Virus record (IMG/VR): IMGVR_UViG_3300045974_000100
Coordinates: 1 to 64,000 of that record
DNA: 64,000 bases
Source of the DNA: a virus
Strand: one strand, 5' to 3'
This document shows, piece after piece, positions 18,441 to 28,659 of the stretch (within the stretch, counting starts at the first letter, position 1; each line of letters starts with the position of its first letter). The position numbers and the translations under genes were made by a program. A model generated the notes under the pieces. The model made no database searches. It was not told the DNA's origin and saw only the letters and a list, made by a program, of their open reading frames with translations.

Positions 18441-18887
18441 ATGACAGACGACCAAGAACCAGACGGCACACCGAACCCCGACCACGAGCATTGGGCAGGC
18501 GACACCGCCCCCTGGAACCTCGGAGACCAGCCCAATGGCAACCCCGACCCAGGCACCGGCCACATTCACACACCTGACCACGGACTGGACTGGGACAGCG
18601 TCGAAGTGGACCCCACCGCCCCCAAGGCCGAATGGGTGGAGATCGACGGAGATGAAGAACTCCTCGACCCAGTCGAAGCCGAGTACGACGATGAAGGTGA
18701 ACTCATCACCCCGGAAGGCGAAGCCCTACCCGAGTTGGTTGAACCCATCGATGAAGGCGTCGAGACTGACACCGACCAGCTCGTCGAGTACGGCGAAGGC
18801 ACCAAGGAGTTCCTGGAGCAGGCTGCGAAGGCTGAACAGGACGAAGAAGCCGTCTTGACCGAACTGGCCAAGGAGGACAAGTCATGA
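18441..18887 (+). CDS. Highly acidic hypothetical protein
   Basis: AGGAG SD; D/E-rich; ATGA-coupled to the endolysin. Confidence 0.75.
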   Translation: MTDDQEPDGTPNPDHEHWAGDTAPWNLGDQPNGNPDPGTGHIHTPDHGLDWDSVEVDPTAPKAEWVEIDGDEELLDPVEAEYDDEGELITPEGEALPELVEPIDEGVETDTDQLVEYGEGTKEFLEQAAKAEQDEEAVLTELAKEDKS

Positions 18888-19366
18888 CGCTCTACGTCAA
18901 CACCGCCCTGTTCACCCGCCAACCGCTGTGGAACCCGGCCCAGGCCGTCAACTACGCCAAGGGCCAGGTCACCAAGCCGTCCCGCAACTGGACCAACGAC
19001 TGCGACATGTTCGCCGGCGCCATGGTGTGGGGCTTCGGCGGCTCGGGTAACACCGGCGCGAAGCAGGACTACGACCTCACCCCGAACAACCGCAAGCACC
19101 ACATGGACGTGAAGAACGCCCCACTAGGGGCGCAGGTGTACTGGGCAACTGGTCGCTGGTGGCACACGGCCCTCGTCGTTGGTGCGGGCGGCCTTGTCGC
19201 GTCCACAGACGTCCTGCGACCGGGACGAGTGGACTTGGTGAACTTCGACCTCATCAGCCACAAGTGGAACGCCAAGTGCATGGGGTGGACCATCCCGGAC
19301 CTGCGTATGGCCTGGGGCCGCAACCCGTCCTCACCGCCGAGCAAGACCCACATCCCAGGCGCGTAA
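18884..19366 (+). CDS. Endolysin, CHAP/NlpC-like cysteine peptidase
   Basis: NDCDMFAG...GAQVYW...WHTALVVG Cys-His dyad; GGAGG SD. Confidence 0.65.
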   Translation: MTLYVNTALFTRQPLWNPAQAVNYAKGQVTKPSRNWTNDCDMFAGAMVWGFGGSGNTGAKQDYDLTPNNRKHHMDVKNAPLGAQVYWATGRWWHTALVVGAGGLVASTDVLRPGRVDLVNFDLISHKWNAKCMGWTIPDLRMAWGRNPSSPPSKTHIPGA

Positions 19367-19434
19367 CTGCCAGCGAATGACCGGTGCACTGGCTACTGTG
19401 GCGAGTGAACCATTCGACGAGGAAGGAACCCGAC

Positions 19435-19692
19435 ATGGGTCTTCAAGTGATCCGTCTTGGTACGAATGAAGACGGCACCCCGCAGTACCACTACGAAGCA
19501 CCTGGTGAGCATGTCGTCATCACGGGTCCTGCCACGGGCAACGTCACACTGCCTGACGGCACGGTCGTCGACGTCACTGCGCCGGTCATCCTGGCTGACA
19601 GCCAAGAACACGCGATCCAGATCGCCAACGCCATCGCAGGTGAGCAGCCTGTCGTGGACGCCCCTGTTCCCACCGAACCTCCCGTCCAGTAA
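19435..19692 (+). CDS. Hypothetical virion protein
   Basis: Start MGLQVIR with AGGAAGGA SD. Confidence 0.6.
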   Translation: MGLQVIRLGTNEDGTPQYHYEAPGEHVVITGPATGNVTLPDGTVVDVTAPVILADSQEHAIQIANAIAGEQPVVDAPVPTEPPVQ

Positions 19693-19702
19693 GGGGTAGA
19701 TC

Positions 19703-20074
19703 ATGGCTCTGGCCTCTGCTGCGGCTGAGAACGCTGCACTCAACGGACTTGCAGGCGTCGGCTCTACCAACACGATGCCGTTCGTTGCCTTGCACACCGC
19801 TTCCCCGTCGACCACGGGCGCCAACGAGAACGCGAACGCTGGTTCGTACGCTCGCCAGGCCTGCTCATGGAACGCGGCCTCCGGTGGCACGATGACGAAC
19901 TCCACGGCCCTGACGTTCTCCACGTTGGGCACGATTGCCGTCACTCACATCGGCACCTGGTCGATCGTCACCTATGCAGGTGGCACGTACTCGATCGGTG
20001 CGGCTCTGGGTTCGTCGGTCACGGCCGCGTCCATCACGATCGCCTCTGGCGCCATCACCCTGTCTGCCACGTAA
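19703..20074 (+). CDS. Small minor tail protein (paralog 1)
   Basis: VALHTASP...GANE...YARQ..W...N...TF pattern. Confidence 0.7.
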   Translation: MALASAAAENAALNGLAGVGSTNTMPFVALHTASPSTTGANENANAGSYARQACSWNAASGGTMTNSTALTFSTLGTIAVTHIGTWSIVTYAGGTYSIGAALGSSVTAASITIASGAITLSAT

Positions 20075-20083
20075 GGGCTGGTC

Positions 20084-20890
20084 ATGGCCATCACCAATGG
20101 TGACCTGTACATCGCTGCTGCGAAGCAGATGCTGCCGTTCATGAAGAGCGGCTCCATCACGACTGTCGCAAACACGCTGTTCAGCATCTTCAGCCAGGCT
20201 GGTAACCCCGGTGCTGGCACATTGGCGATGGCCGCCAACCCTGGCACGGTCCCTGATGACACAGTGGCCGGCTATCCGTCGCTGAACGCGTTCGGTGGTG
20301 GCAACACCGGCTACCTCACGCGCGTGGCCTATGCCAGTTCAGTGCCGTGCCGCATGTACTTGTTCGACCGCTTGTGGGGTATGACGTTCGTCCTCACCAC
20401 GTTGACGACGATCACGGTGACGTCTCCTCCGTCGTACTCGGCCCGCGTGCCTGGCGGTACAGACTTCAGTGGGTTGAAGATCTTCCTCGAGGTCACGACT
20501 GCTGTGTCGGCTACGGCCACGACGGTTACTGTCACGTACACGAACCAGGCGGGCGTCACTGGTCACACGACGGGTGCCACAGCGTCACTGTCTGGCTTCA
20601 TCGCAGGCCGCATGCTCGAACTGCCTCTTGCTGCTGGTGACACGGGTGTGCAGAAGATCGAGTCGATTGTTGTGGGTGGCACAGTGGCCACGACGGGTGT
20701 CATGAACGTCTTCATCGCCAGGCCGCTGTGGACAGGCCGCGTCATGATCGCCAACGCTGGTGACGTGCACGGCATCGACCGCATGGGTATGCCGCAGGTG
20801 TTCGCTACCTCAGCGCTCTTCCTTGCAGTGGCCACGGACGGTACCGCGTCTGGTCTTCCTGAGCTGTTGTACGAAGTCGCTAACGGCTAA
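20084..20890 (+). CDS. Virion structural / minor tail protein
   Basis: LFDRLW, TYTNQAGVTG, LPLAAGDTGVQKIES motifs; T/G/A-rich. Confidence 0.65.
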   Translation: MAITNGDLYIAAAKQMLPFMKSGSITTVANTLFSIFSQAGNPGAGTLAMAANPGTVPDDTVAGYPSLNAFGGGNTGYLTRVAYASSVPCRMYLFDRLWGMTFVLTTLTTITVTSPPSYSARVPGGTDFSGLKIFLEVTTAVSATATTVTVTYTNQAGVTGHTTGATASLSGFIAGRMLELPLAAGDTGVQKIESIVVGGTVATTGVMNVFIARPLWTGRVMIANAGDVHGIDRMGMPQVFATSALFLAVATDGTASGLPELLYEVANG

Positions 20891-20904
20891 CGGGGAGGTC
20901 TGTC

Positions 20905-23900
20905 GTGGTACAGCCTCTTGGTGGTCGTAATCTTCGTCCGGACGGCCTGTTCTTCCCGTTCGGTGAGCCTGACCCCAGCATCAACTCTGAGGGCCTGCTC
21001 AACTCCTACGTCTTTCCTGGCAACAGGCCGTCCCCAGCACTTGAAGCGCGCGGCGAGTTCTACCAGATCGGCACAGGCACGTCGATCACGCTGAACCACG
21101 GAACTGGGTGGACCAACAAGCCCCAGTCGGGCGACATCATGGTCGTCACTGTCGTGTGGGATGGCGACTCCAATGGTGCGGGTGCTACTCCGTCTGGGTG
21201 GACGGTGTTGGCCTCGGGCTTCATCCGTAATGGCGGGTCGAACAACGACGGTGCTACGCCTGGGTTCGGGGTGTACTACAAGTTCGCTACTGGTTCAGAA
21301 ACCACAGAGACGTGGAGTGCAGCCTCGTCGACGAACAACTCCATTGCCGTGGTGGGTGTGGCCTACATCGGTGCAAGCACACCTGTTGTGGTGGGCGGGG
21401 ACTACGGAGCATCAGGCCACATAGGCGCGACGTCGATGACGTTGACGAACGCCGTCACTGTAGGCACAGCCGGATCGACGTTGGCGTTGTTCTGGTTGGC
21501 TGACCACTCCACCACCGTCTCGACGATGCGTGGTTCACCTGGCATGTCCTCGAGGTATGCCCAGGGCGCGAACGTGCTGTTGGGTGAGCGCGCAACTCTA
21601 CAGATGCAGTTGCAGCAAAATGCCCAGAGCGGTGCTCAGTCGGGCATCTCCAACCTCGACAGTTTCGCCAGCCTCAACTGGGGCATGGTGGCAGTCGAGA
21701 TCCCTGCCAAGGTCTTTGCTGTTCCCTCTGGCTCATTGAGTCTGGGTGGATCTGCGGGTAGCGCGGCCGCGGCTCCTGCCATCACTGGCGTCTTGATCAT
21801 CGCGTCGTTCTCAGGCATCAACACCACGGCCAATGCCGGTGCATCTGGTTCAGTGACGTTGTCGGGGACGGGCACTGGCAGTTCGGGTGGCGTGTCGGCC
21901 ACAGCCACTGGTTCGCTCACATTGGGTGGGTCTGCCACGTCTGTGGGTGCGGCGACAGCTGCAGGGTCGCTCACTCTTGCAGGTGCTGCGGCGAACATCG
22001 TTCAAGGCCTGACTGGTTCCCTCACTCTTGCGGGTACGGCAACAGCCGGAGCGCCCGTCAGCGCGAACGGCGCATTGACCCTTGCAGGGACGACTACTGC
22101 TCGAGCGGCTGCTACTGCGACAGCGTCGATCGTTCTCGCTGGTACGTCTGCGTGGGTGGTGTCTGCAGTCTCGGGTGCGTTGACACTGGGTGGAAGTGCG
22201 TCTGCGGCTGCTAATGCTCCTCCCGCGGTTGGGGCTCTCACCTTGTCGGGTACTGCGACGTGGCTTGCTCCTGCGATCACGGGTTCGATTACGCTTGCCG
22301 CGTCGGCGACCTGGATAGCGCCGGTGATTGCCGGGTCAGTGAGTCTGGCTGGAACCGCCGCGCTGAGGGGTGCCGCGAGTGCCGTCGGCTCACTGACCTT
22401 GGCGAGCACAGCGACCACTCAAGTCGTGGGCATCGCAGGATCTGTGGTGCTGGTTGGGTCTGCCACAGCTCAGTCACCTGGCGTAGCGACTGGTTCGCTT
22501 ACTTTGTCGGGCGCCGTAAGTGCCAAGGCTGTGGGTGTTGCATCAGGTTCGCTCACTCTTGCCGGTGCAGCAGTAGGACCAGGTACTGCAGCGACTGGTT
22601 CGATCGCGTTGTCGGGAACCGTGCTGTCGACCTTGCCCGGTGGTTTGGCCACGATTTCGGTGCCCTATACCGGCGTCGTCAGCCTGCCAAGTTCTAGTTT
22701 GTTGGTGTCTGACTTCCCTGGCCTTGCTGCCGCATTGCAGCCAAACGACATACTTCTCGTCGCGTTGTGCGCGAGCGGTGACAACGTTCAAGCCACTGCT
22801 CCTGCAAGCATCGACTGGACAACAGGCTCTAACGGGTTTGCCACGCTTGGCACGTGTCGTCAAGTCAACGGTGGTTCGCCGTTGTTCCAGGGCTACAACA
22901 TCATGATGTGGAAGCGCAGTCCGAACTCTTCGGATTCCGTTTGCAGCAGTATGGGCGGCATTTCGTGGACTGACACTGCCTACACTGCTGGCGTCGCCAT
23001 GATTATCCGTGGCGCTGATACAAGTTCTACTCCGTTCGAGGCGTTAGGTGACGGGGCGCTCGTCAATACTGAACCTTCTTGGTCAGCTCAGACGGTGACG
23101 GCGACATCAGGGTCGTTGAGTACAGGCGACGTTCTCGTCAACGCGATTTATGGCTATGAAGCCACTGGCACTCCTGCATCTCCACCTGGCGGTGTGACGC
23201 TGGCTGGTGTCACCAATGTGCAGAACGGCGTATTTGCCGCTCTTGGTTACCAGTTGAGTCCAGGAACAGGTGTTCAGTCACGTAACTGGACATTGACGGG
23301 TGCAGCCACTCCCATTGCTCGTTGGAATCCTGTCGCTGTTGGTTTCAAGGCCGGTGTGGGAACGAGCGGTCCTGGCATCATCGCCAATGCTGGTGCGTCG
23401 GGAAGTTTGTCGTTGGGTGGTGGGGCAACACCTGCAGCTCGAGCAACTGCCACTGGGTCGCTGTCTTTGGGTGGCGGCGCAACGCCGTCCTCTACTGCTG
23501 CGGGCTCGTTGACTCTTGGAGGTACAGCAGCAGCGAATGCTCCTGTTACGTCGACCGGCGCGTTGACGCTTGCCGGTTCTGCTGCTTGGCTGGCACCAGC
23601 GGTGACTGGGGCACTGTCATTGAGCGCGGCAGCGGTGTGGTCCGCACCTGCTCTGACAGGCTCGATCTCGCTATCGGGCGCGGCCAGTCCCGTTGCCCCG
23701 GTCGCTGCGTCTGGTTCGTTGTCTCTGGCAGGCCTGGTCAACTTCGGCATATTCGCCATTGGCTCCCTCACGTTGTCAGGGTCTTTAGCCGCTAGAGGTG
23801 CTGCTACTTCCAATGGTTCGATCACGTTGGTTGGAAGTTCGACTGCTACCTCCAACACCACCGCGTCGGGATCGCTCACCCTGAGTGGAAGTGCCACATG

Positions 23901-24834
23901 GACCGTTGTATCCATTGGAAGCCTGCTCCTGGCGGGAACAGTAACGGCGAACGCTGCGACGACTGCCACTGGTTCGATCGTGCTTACTGGGACTGCCGCG
24001 TGGGTTGCTCCATCCGTCTCGGGATCCCTTGTGTTGGCGGTGACGGCCAATGCAGTTGCCCCGTCCTTAGCGTCGGGGAGCCTATCCCTAGCAATGTCAG
24101 CAGGCTCGATCGCACCGGTTAGTGCTTCGGGCTCGCTCAACCTGGCCGTTGCGCTTAACGCGATCGCGCGGGCTACCGCTTCTGGCTCCCTCACGCTGGC
24201 TGGCATCACGAACCTGGCCACGGTGGTCACTGGGTCTCTGACTCTGTCTGCGGTTGCCTCATGGGTTGCGCCTGCGGTCAGTGGAGCGATCACGTTGTCT
24301 GGGAGCACAAATGCCCTCGTCAGTGGAGGGGCGAGTGGGTCTCTGACGCTTGGCGGTAGCGCCGGGTGGGTGGTCCGTGGCATTACGGGTGCGGTGACGT
24401 TGTCGGGCGTGGCGGCGCCAAGTGCGTTGACAAGTGTCAACGGGTCGCTGACTCTCGGCGCTGCTGCCTTCTGGACCGTGGTGCCTACAGGCTCCCTCGC
24501 TCTTGCCGGGGCCGTTACTGCGAAAGCGACGACGACGGCATCGGGGTCCGTGTCCTTGTCAGGGACTGCGCTCGTGTCCGGCCTGGCGTTCGCCACGGGA
24601 AGCCTCACTCTGGCTGGTCAGGCCTTCTGGGTCACACCTGGCATCACAGGCAGCATCACTCTTGCTATGTCGGCCTATGCGATAGCCGGCGCCCCAATCG
24701 GCACGTCATGGGAAGGCGTCTTGACCGGCATCATCAGCCGGTGGGCGGTGTATCCCGGACGACGGTGGGAGGCTTATGAGCGTCCGGACAATGGTTGGGC
24801 GACGTCGGGTCTGATCCGAGGAGGAACGGTATGA
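20905..24834 (+). CDS. Large repetitive fibre / adhesin-like protein
   Basis: Dozens of ~16-18 aa GSLTL[AS]G repeats in two blocks, alternating with two related globular domains. Confidence 0.75.
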   Translation: MVQPLGGRNLRPDGLFFPFGEPDPSINSEGLLNSYVFPGNRPSPALEARGEFYQIGTGTSITLNHGTGWTNKPQSGDIMVVTVVWDGDSNGAGATPSGWTVLASGFIRNGGSNNDGATPGFGVYYKFATGSETTETWSAASSTNNSIAVVGVAYIGASTPVVVGGDYGASGHIGATSMTLTNAVTVGTAGSTLALFWLADHSTTVSTMRGSPGMSSRYAQGANVLLGERATLQMQLQQNAQSGAQSGISNLDSFASLNWGMVAVEIPAKVFAVPSGSLSLGGSAGSAAAAPAITGVLIIASFSGINTTANAGASGSVTLSGTGTGSSGGVSATATGSLTLGGSATSVGAATAAGSLTLAGAAANIVQGLTGSLTLAGTATAGAPVSANGALTLAGTTTARAAATATASIVLAGTSAWVVSAVSGALTLGGSASAAANAPPAVGALTLSGTATWLAPAITGSITLAASATWIAPVIAGSVSLAGTAALRGAASAVGSLTLASTATTQVVGIAGSVVLVGSATAQSPGVATGSLTLSGAVSAKAVGVASGSLTLAGAAVGPGTAATGSIALSGTVLSTLPGGLATISVPYTGVVSLPSSSLLVSDFPGLAAALQPNDILLVALCASGDNVQATAPASIDWTTGSNGFATLGTCRQVNGGSPLFQGYNIMMWKRSPNSSDSVCSSMGGISWTDTAYTAGVAMIIRGADTSSTPFEALGDGALVNTEPSWSAQTVTATSGSLSTGDVLVNAIYGYEATGTPASPPGGVTLAGVTNVQNGVFAALGYQLSPGTGVQSRNWTLTGAATPIARWNPVAVGFKAGVGTSGPGIIANAGASGSLSLGGGATPAARATATGSLSLGGGATPSSTAAGSLTLGGTAAANAPVTSTGALTLAGSAAWLAPAVTGALSLSAAAVWSAPALTGSISLSGAASPVAPVAASGSLSLAGLVNFGIFAIGSLTLSGSLAARGAATSNGSITLVGSSTATSNTTASGSLTLSGSATWTVVSIGSLLLAGTVTANAATTATGSIVLTGTAAWVAPSVSGSLVLAVTANAVAPSLASGSLSLAMSAGSIAPVSASGSLNLAVALNAIARATASGSLTLAGITNLATVVTGSLTLSAVASWVAPAVSGAITLSGSTNALVSGGASGSLTLGGSAGWVVRGITGAVTLSGVAAPSALTSVNGSLTLGAAAFWTVVPTGSLALAGAVTAKATTTASGSVSLSGTALVSGLAFATGSLTLAGQAFWVTPGITGSITLAMSAYAIAGAPIGTSWEGVLTGIISRWAVYPGRRWEAYERPDNGWATSGLIRGGTV

Positions 24835-25121
24835 ACCGGTTGGATCTGCCCAAGGGCACCCTCGAGTACGTGACGATGGTGGTGACCCGCACAGCCAACG
24901 ATGTGGACCCCAGTACGTTGACGGCGAAGATCGCCATTGTCACGTGGGGCACGACCCCTGTCTCGGGTGACTTCAACACTGCGACCTGGTTGACCGACGT
25001 TCATGGCTGGGGTGTGCTCACGAACACAACCGCGATGTCGGGGAAGTATGCGGTGTGGCTCAAGGTCACTGCAACACCCGAAGTGCCGTTGCTTGGCCCT
25101 GCGTTGCTCACCGTGGGCTAA
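24831..25121 (+). CDS. Small Ig-like virion protein
   Basis: ATG 24831 with GAGGA SD; GKYAVWLKVTATPEVP. Confidence 0.6.
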   Translation: MNRLDLPKGTLEYVTMVVTRTANDVDPSTLTAKIAIVTWGTTPVSGDFNTATWLTDVHGWGVLTNTTAMSGKYAVWLKVTATPEVPLLGPALLTVG

Positions 25122-25148
25122 CGTAAAGACGTTCATCAGGAGGAAGTC

Positions 25149-25496
25149 ATGGCGTTCCGATCTGGCCAGTTCAAGGCCCTCAGCACAGGTGCCACTGTTC
25201 CGCTGCTCAGTTGTTCGGCTACGGGCGGCCAGTTGATGGGTCTGCTGTGGTCGAACCCGACCGCCACGGACTGCTACATCAAGCTGTATGACCTGGCAGC
25301 AGCCCCAGCACCGGCTTCGGACGTCCCGTTCATGACCATTAAGGCCACAGCGGGCACTACTGGCGCGTTGAGTGTCAGCAAAGACAACGCCATCCGCTTT
25401 ACCAACGGCATTCAGGTCCGTGCGACCCTCACAGCACCCAACACCGTCACCGACAACCCTGTCGCTGGCATCGCCATCGTCGCTTCCGTCCAGTAG
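25149..25496 (+). CDS. Virion structural protein
   Basis: AGGAGG SD; YIKLYDLAAAP...FTNGI beta-rich pattern. Confidence 0.65.
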   Translation: MAFRSGQFKALSTGATVPLLSCSATGGQLMGLLWSNPTATDCYIKLYDLAAAPAPASDVPFMTIKATAGTTGALSVSKDNAIRFTNGIQVRATLTAPNTVTDNPVAGIAIVASVQ

Positions 25497-25505
25497 GAGG
25501 TAGCC

Positions 25506-25898
25506 GTGCCCGCTCCATGGCTCGAACTCATCAAAGAAAAGGGCCTCAAGGCCGCAAAACCGGCATTTACGCCCCTTGATGACACCCATTCGTTCCGGTA
25601 CGCCTACTTGTACCTCGAGGATTGGCAGGGTCCGATCGGTGGCCTGCAGGTTCTTCACAAGCATGTGGACGGAACGTACTGCGGCGGCGATTTGACCTTC
25701 GATCACCACGGCAAACCCGGCCAGGTGGTGTGGACTCCGGTGCAGATGACACCGATTTGGCTCAAGGAGCCTGTCCGTTTCCCGTGTGGGGACCGTGGAC
25801 GCATCGTGTCGGGCACGTGGGTCGGTGAAATGATCCCGGAGCCTGAGGATGACGGTGTCCAGGTGAGCATTGATGACTACTTCGATTCAGGAGTCTGA
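25506..25898 (+). CDS. Hypothetical protein (DUF6527-like?)
   Basis: AGGAGG SD; H...C...W...P...CG.RG.I..G.W. Confidence 0.55.
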   Translation: MPAPWLELIKEKGLKAAKPAFTPLDDTHSFRYAYLYLEDWQGPIGGLQVLHKHVDGTYCGGDLTFDHHGKPGQVVWTPVQMTPIWLKEPVRFPCGDRGRIVSGTWVGEMIPEPEDDGVQVSIDDYFDSGV

Positions 25899-27429
25899 AC
25901 CGGAAGCACGCCGCTTGGTGTTGTCGCGGCCGCCCACCACGAAGGATGAACTGTGGTGGATTGTCAAAGCCTTGTGGGGTGTGAAGATCCCGCGGAAGCA
26001 GATCTGCCCCGACCATGTGGCGCCGTTTGACGCTTTCGCGGAAGGGTACTTCGGCAATGATGCGAACTGGGTCCTCTGGTACGGCTCCCGAGGTACTGGG
26101 AAGTCACTCATGTTGGCTTTGCTTGCCCTCACCAAGGCAGCAATCCTCGACATCAATGTCACCCTTCTCGGTGGATCTATGGCGCAGTCTCAGAACGTCC
26201 ATGAGCACGTCAGTAACCTGCTCGTCTACCCCTGGGCACCCAAGTGGACGATGGATGGCGACCCCACACAGACCCAACTGAAGTTCCTGGCGGGTAACTG
26301 GATTCGCCCGCTTCCTGCGTCGCAGAAGACCGTCCGTGGCCCTCACCCTCATATGACGATGCTTGATGAGATCGACGAGATGGAGAAGGCCATCTATGAC
26401 GCCGCTCAGGGCCAGGCGATGGAGAAGGAGAACATGCGTGGGGTGACGATCCCCGAAATGACGGTGGCGTCCTCAACGTGGCAGAACCCGATGGGCACCT
26501 TCCAGGAGGTCCGTGACGAGGCCCTGGAGAAGGGCATGCCGATCCGGACGTGGTGCTTCAAAGAGGTGCTCAAGACTGAGCAGAACCCGTATGGGTGGAT
26601 GAAGCCGGAGTTCCTTGAACGTAAGCGTCGCTCGGTGCCACGCGAGATGTTCCGCGTCGAGTATGAGTTGGGTGAGCCGGCCGGTGGCTCGCGTGCCTTC
26701 GACATGACGTTGGTGGAGAAGTACTTCGTCGAGTTGCCGATCGTGTGGGAGAAGCACAACCTCAACGACGACATCTTCGTGTTTGAACAGCCGGTGGCTG
26801 GTGCGCAGTACGCAGCTGGTGCTGACTGGGGCAAAGAGCGCGACAAGACGGTGTTTGTGGTGCAGCGCATCGATGAACGTCCGTACAAGACGGTGTACTT
26901 CCGTCGGGTGAACCGTCAGCCGTGGCCTCGCATGATCACAGCGTTCAATGACCTGTGCAGCAAGTACCACGCTTCTGGCGCCCATGACTCGACCGGCCTG
27001 GGCAACGTCATCAATGACTACGCCGATGAGCGCACGTTGAAGGTGCTGTTCGTGGGTCGTGCTCGTACTGAACTGCTCACTGAATACATCGTGGCGATGG
27101 AGTCGGGGGAGTATCGGTTGCCTCGGAACACGTCAGCGTTTGTGGCTCACAAGGCGACCACGGTGGAGGAGATCTACGCTCCCGCTCGGTGGAATGCGCA
27201 CCTGGCCGATGAAGTGGCGGCGTTCGCGGTCGCGCATCAAGCGGCGGTCCGCATGCCGCCTCCCATCACTGGCGAGTTCATCAAGTCTGATCCGCGCCCG
27301 GCCGCGGCGTTTGCCGGGTTGAACACGACCCCGTCCCAGGCGATGTCTGGTGGGTCTCGGGTGGAGGAGATCGTTGCCCATGTGGGTCGCGATGACGGCC
27401 CTGAGAATGGTGCTTTGGCTCGGTGGTGA
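25870..27429 (+). CDS. terL: Terminase large subunit
   Basis: Walker A GSRGTGKS, Walker B MLDEIDE, nuclease GADWGKERD, HDSTGLG. Confidence 0.92.
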   Translation: MMTTSIQESEPEARRLVLSRPPTTKDELWWIVKALWGVKIPRKQICPDHVAPFDAFAEGYFGNDANWVLWYGSRGTGKSLMLALLALTKAAILDINVTLLGGSMAQSQNVHEHVSNLLVYPWAPKWTMDGDPTQTQLKFLAGNWIRPLPASQKTVRGPHPHMTMLDEIDEMEKAIYDAAQGQAMEKENMRGVTIPEMTVASSTWQNPMGTFQEVRDEALEKGMPIRTWCFKEVLKTEQNPYGWMKPEFLERKRRSVPREMFRVEYELGEPAGGSRAFDMTLVEKYFVELPIVWEKHNLNDDIFVFEQPVAGAQYAAGADWGKERDKTVFVVQRIDERPYKTVYFRRVNRQPWPRMITAFNDLCSKYHASGAHDSTGLGNVINDYADERTLKVLFVGRARTELLTEYIVAMESGEYRLPRNTSAFVAHKATTVEEIYAPARWNAHLADEVAAFAVAHQAAVRMPPPITGEFIKSDPRPAAAFAGLNTTPSQAMSGGSRVEEIVAHVGRDDGPENGALARW

Positions 27430-27489
27430 CTCCCGGTGAAAGGTTCTTGTGAGCCCTACTCTGGGGGTAGCCACTCCTAGGAGGCTTCC

Positions 27490-27849
27490 ATGATCCACAA
27501 CGTCGACATCCTCACCTGGGCGCGTGTCCTGGGTCTGCTTGTCCCCTTTGTCGTCGCGTTCATTACGAAGGCGCAATCTTCATCGAAGGTCAAAGGGTGG
27601 GTCCATGCGGCCGGTGTTGTGATCGCCGGCGCGATCCCGATCTTCATTTCGACAGGTCACCAGCAGACGGTGGGCCTGTGGTTGAACTCAATACTGAACG
27701 CTTTCGTCGTGTCCGGTGTCGCGTACTTCGCGCTGTACAAGCCCACTGGGCTCAGCGAGGCGGTGTCCAACGTCGTTCCTATGTTCGGCTTTGGTAAACC
27801 CGATCCCACCAAGGTCGCCAACGTAGACGTGCCCCCAAAGGCTGCCTAG
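27490..27849 (+). CDS. Holin
   Basis: 3 TM segments; GLLVPFVVAFITK...SSKVK...YFALYKPTG pattern typical of actinophage holins. Confidence 0.75.
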   Translation: MIHNVDILTWARVLGLLVPFVVAFITKAQSSSKVKGWVHAAGVVIAGAIPIFISTGHQQTVGLWLNSILNAFVVSGVAYFALYKPTGLSEAVSNVVPMFGFGKPDPTKVANVDVPPKAA

Positions 27850-27851
27850 TT

Positions 27852-28331
27852 ATGAAGCTCATCCTGCGTGTGGCGTGGCTCGGGATCACAGAGAAGCCAT
27901 TCGCTCTCACGGCAGGCCTCACGCTGTTTGCCGCGGGGGTCATCGGCATTGTGCGCCGGTGGCCTCCGTGGCTGTGGGAAGACATTCATTCGCCGTGGGA
28001 GAAGGTCGCCGCGTTTTACCTCTTCTTCGGCTCGTTGTTGTTCTTACTCGGGTTAGTCATGCACCAGATCGGCAAGTGGGCTGGCCGCTGTTATCTGTGG
28101 GGCTTGTGGCTCCTGTGGAGCGCCAGTCTGCTCATGCTTATCGCCGTCTTCCTCCATCACTCAGCTGTGAATTGGGAGGAACATGACATCCCTTCGATCG
28201 CCATTTGGGGTGGATTCTTGCTGAGTTTCACATTGGCCCTGTTCGGTTTCGCTCACGAAGAGAGACAGAAGCGAGTGGTCAAGAAACTCATGCTGGACTG
28301 GGCGGAAGATACCGACAATGACGGGACTTGA
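27852..28331 (+). CDS. 4-TM membrane protein (lysis accessory)
   Basis: Four hydrophobic helices; follows the holin. Confidence 0.7.
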   Translation: MKLILRVAWLGITEKPFALTAGLTLFAAGVIGIVRRWPPWLWEDIHSPWEKVAAFYLFFGSLLFLLGLVMHQIGKWAGRCYLWGLWLLWSASLLMLIAVFLHHSAVNWEEHDIPSIAIWGGFLLSFTLALFGFAHEERQKRVVKKLMLDWAEDTDNDGT

Positions 28332-28623
28332 GATCATGCTTGCGACAGCAGCAGCGCTAGCAGCGCCCGTGGGTGGTGTGACGACAACCATCATCTTGAA
28401 ACGCAAGGCACCGGCTGAGAAGGACATTCAGTCACTTGAGGGTACGAAGTTGTCCTTCGACATCATGGTGGACACCCTCAAGCAGGCGAAGTCGCGCATT
28501 ACGGCCCTTGAAGAGCAGTGCGCGAGACAGCAGATTGAACTGGACAACACGCGGTCGCAGTTGCGTGCGGCCCGGAATGACCTGGAAGACCTGCAACGCA
28601 AGATCGAGGGAAGCCTCGGTTGA
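28318..28623 (+). CDS. TM + coiled-coil protein (lysis accessory)
   Basis: N-terminal hydrophobic segment, then heptads. Confidence 0.7.
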   Translation: MTGLEIMLATAAALAAPVGGVTTTIILKRKAPAEKDIQSLEGTKLSFDIMVDTLKQAKSRITALEEQCARQQIELDNTRSQLRAARNDLEDLQRKIEGSLG

Positions 28624-28659
28624 GCCGAGTACCGTGGAACCAACGTAGGGAGGCCCACT

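Noticed and set aside
21720-24680. Periodic repeats as a CRISPR array or DGR
   Set aside because: Repeats are at protein level with diverged codons; no reverse transcriptase or TR/VR pair seen
9285-27429. Inteins or introns in DnaE, DnaB or TerL
   Set aside because: Lengths are normal or short; no intein or LAGLIDADG motifs seen
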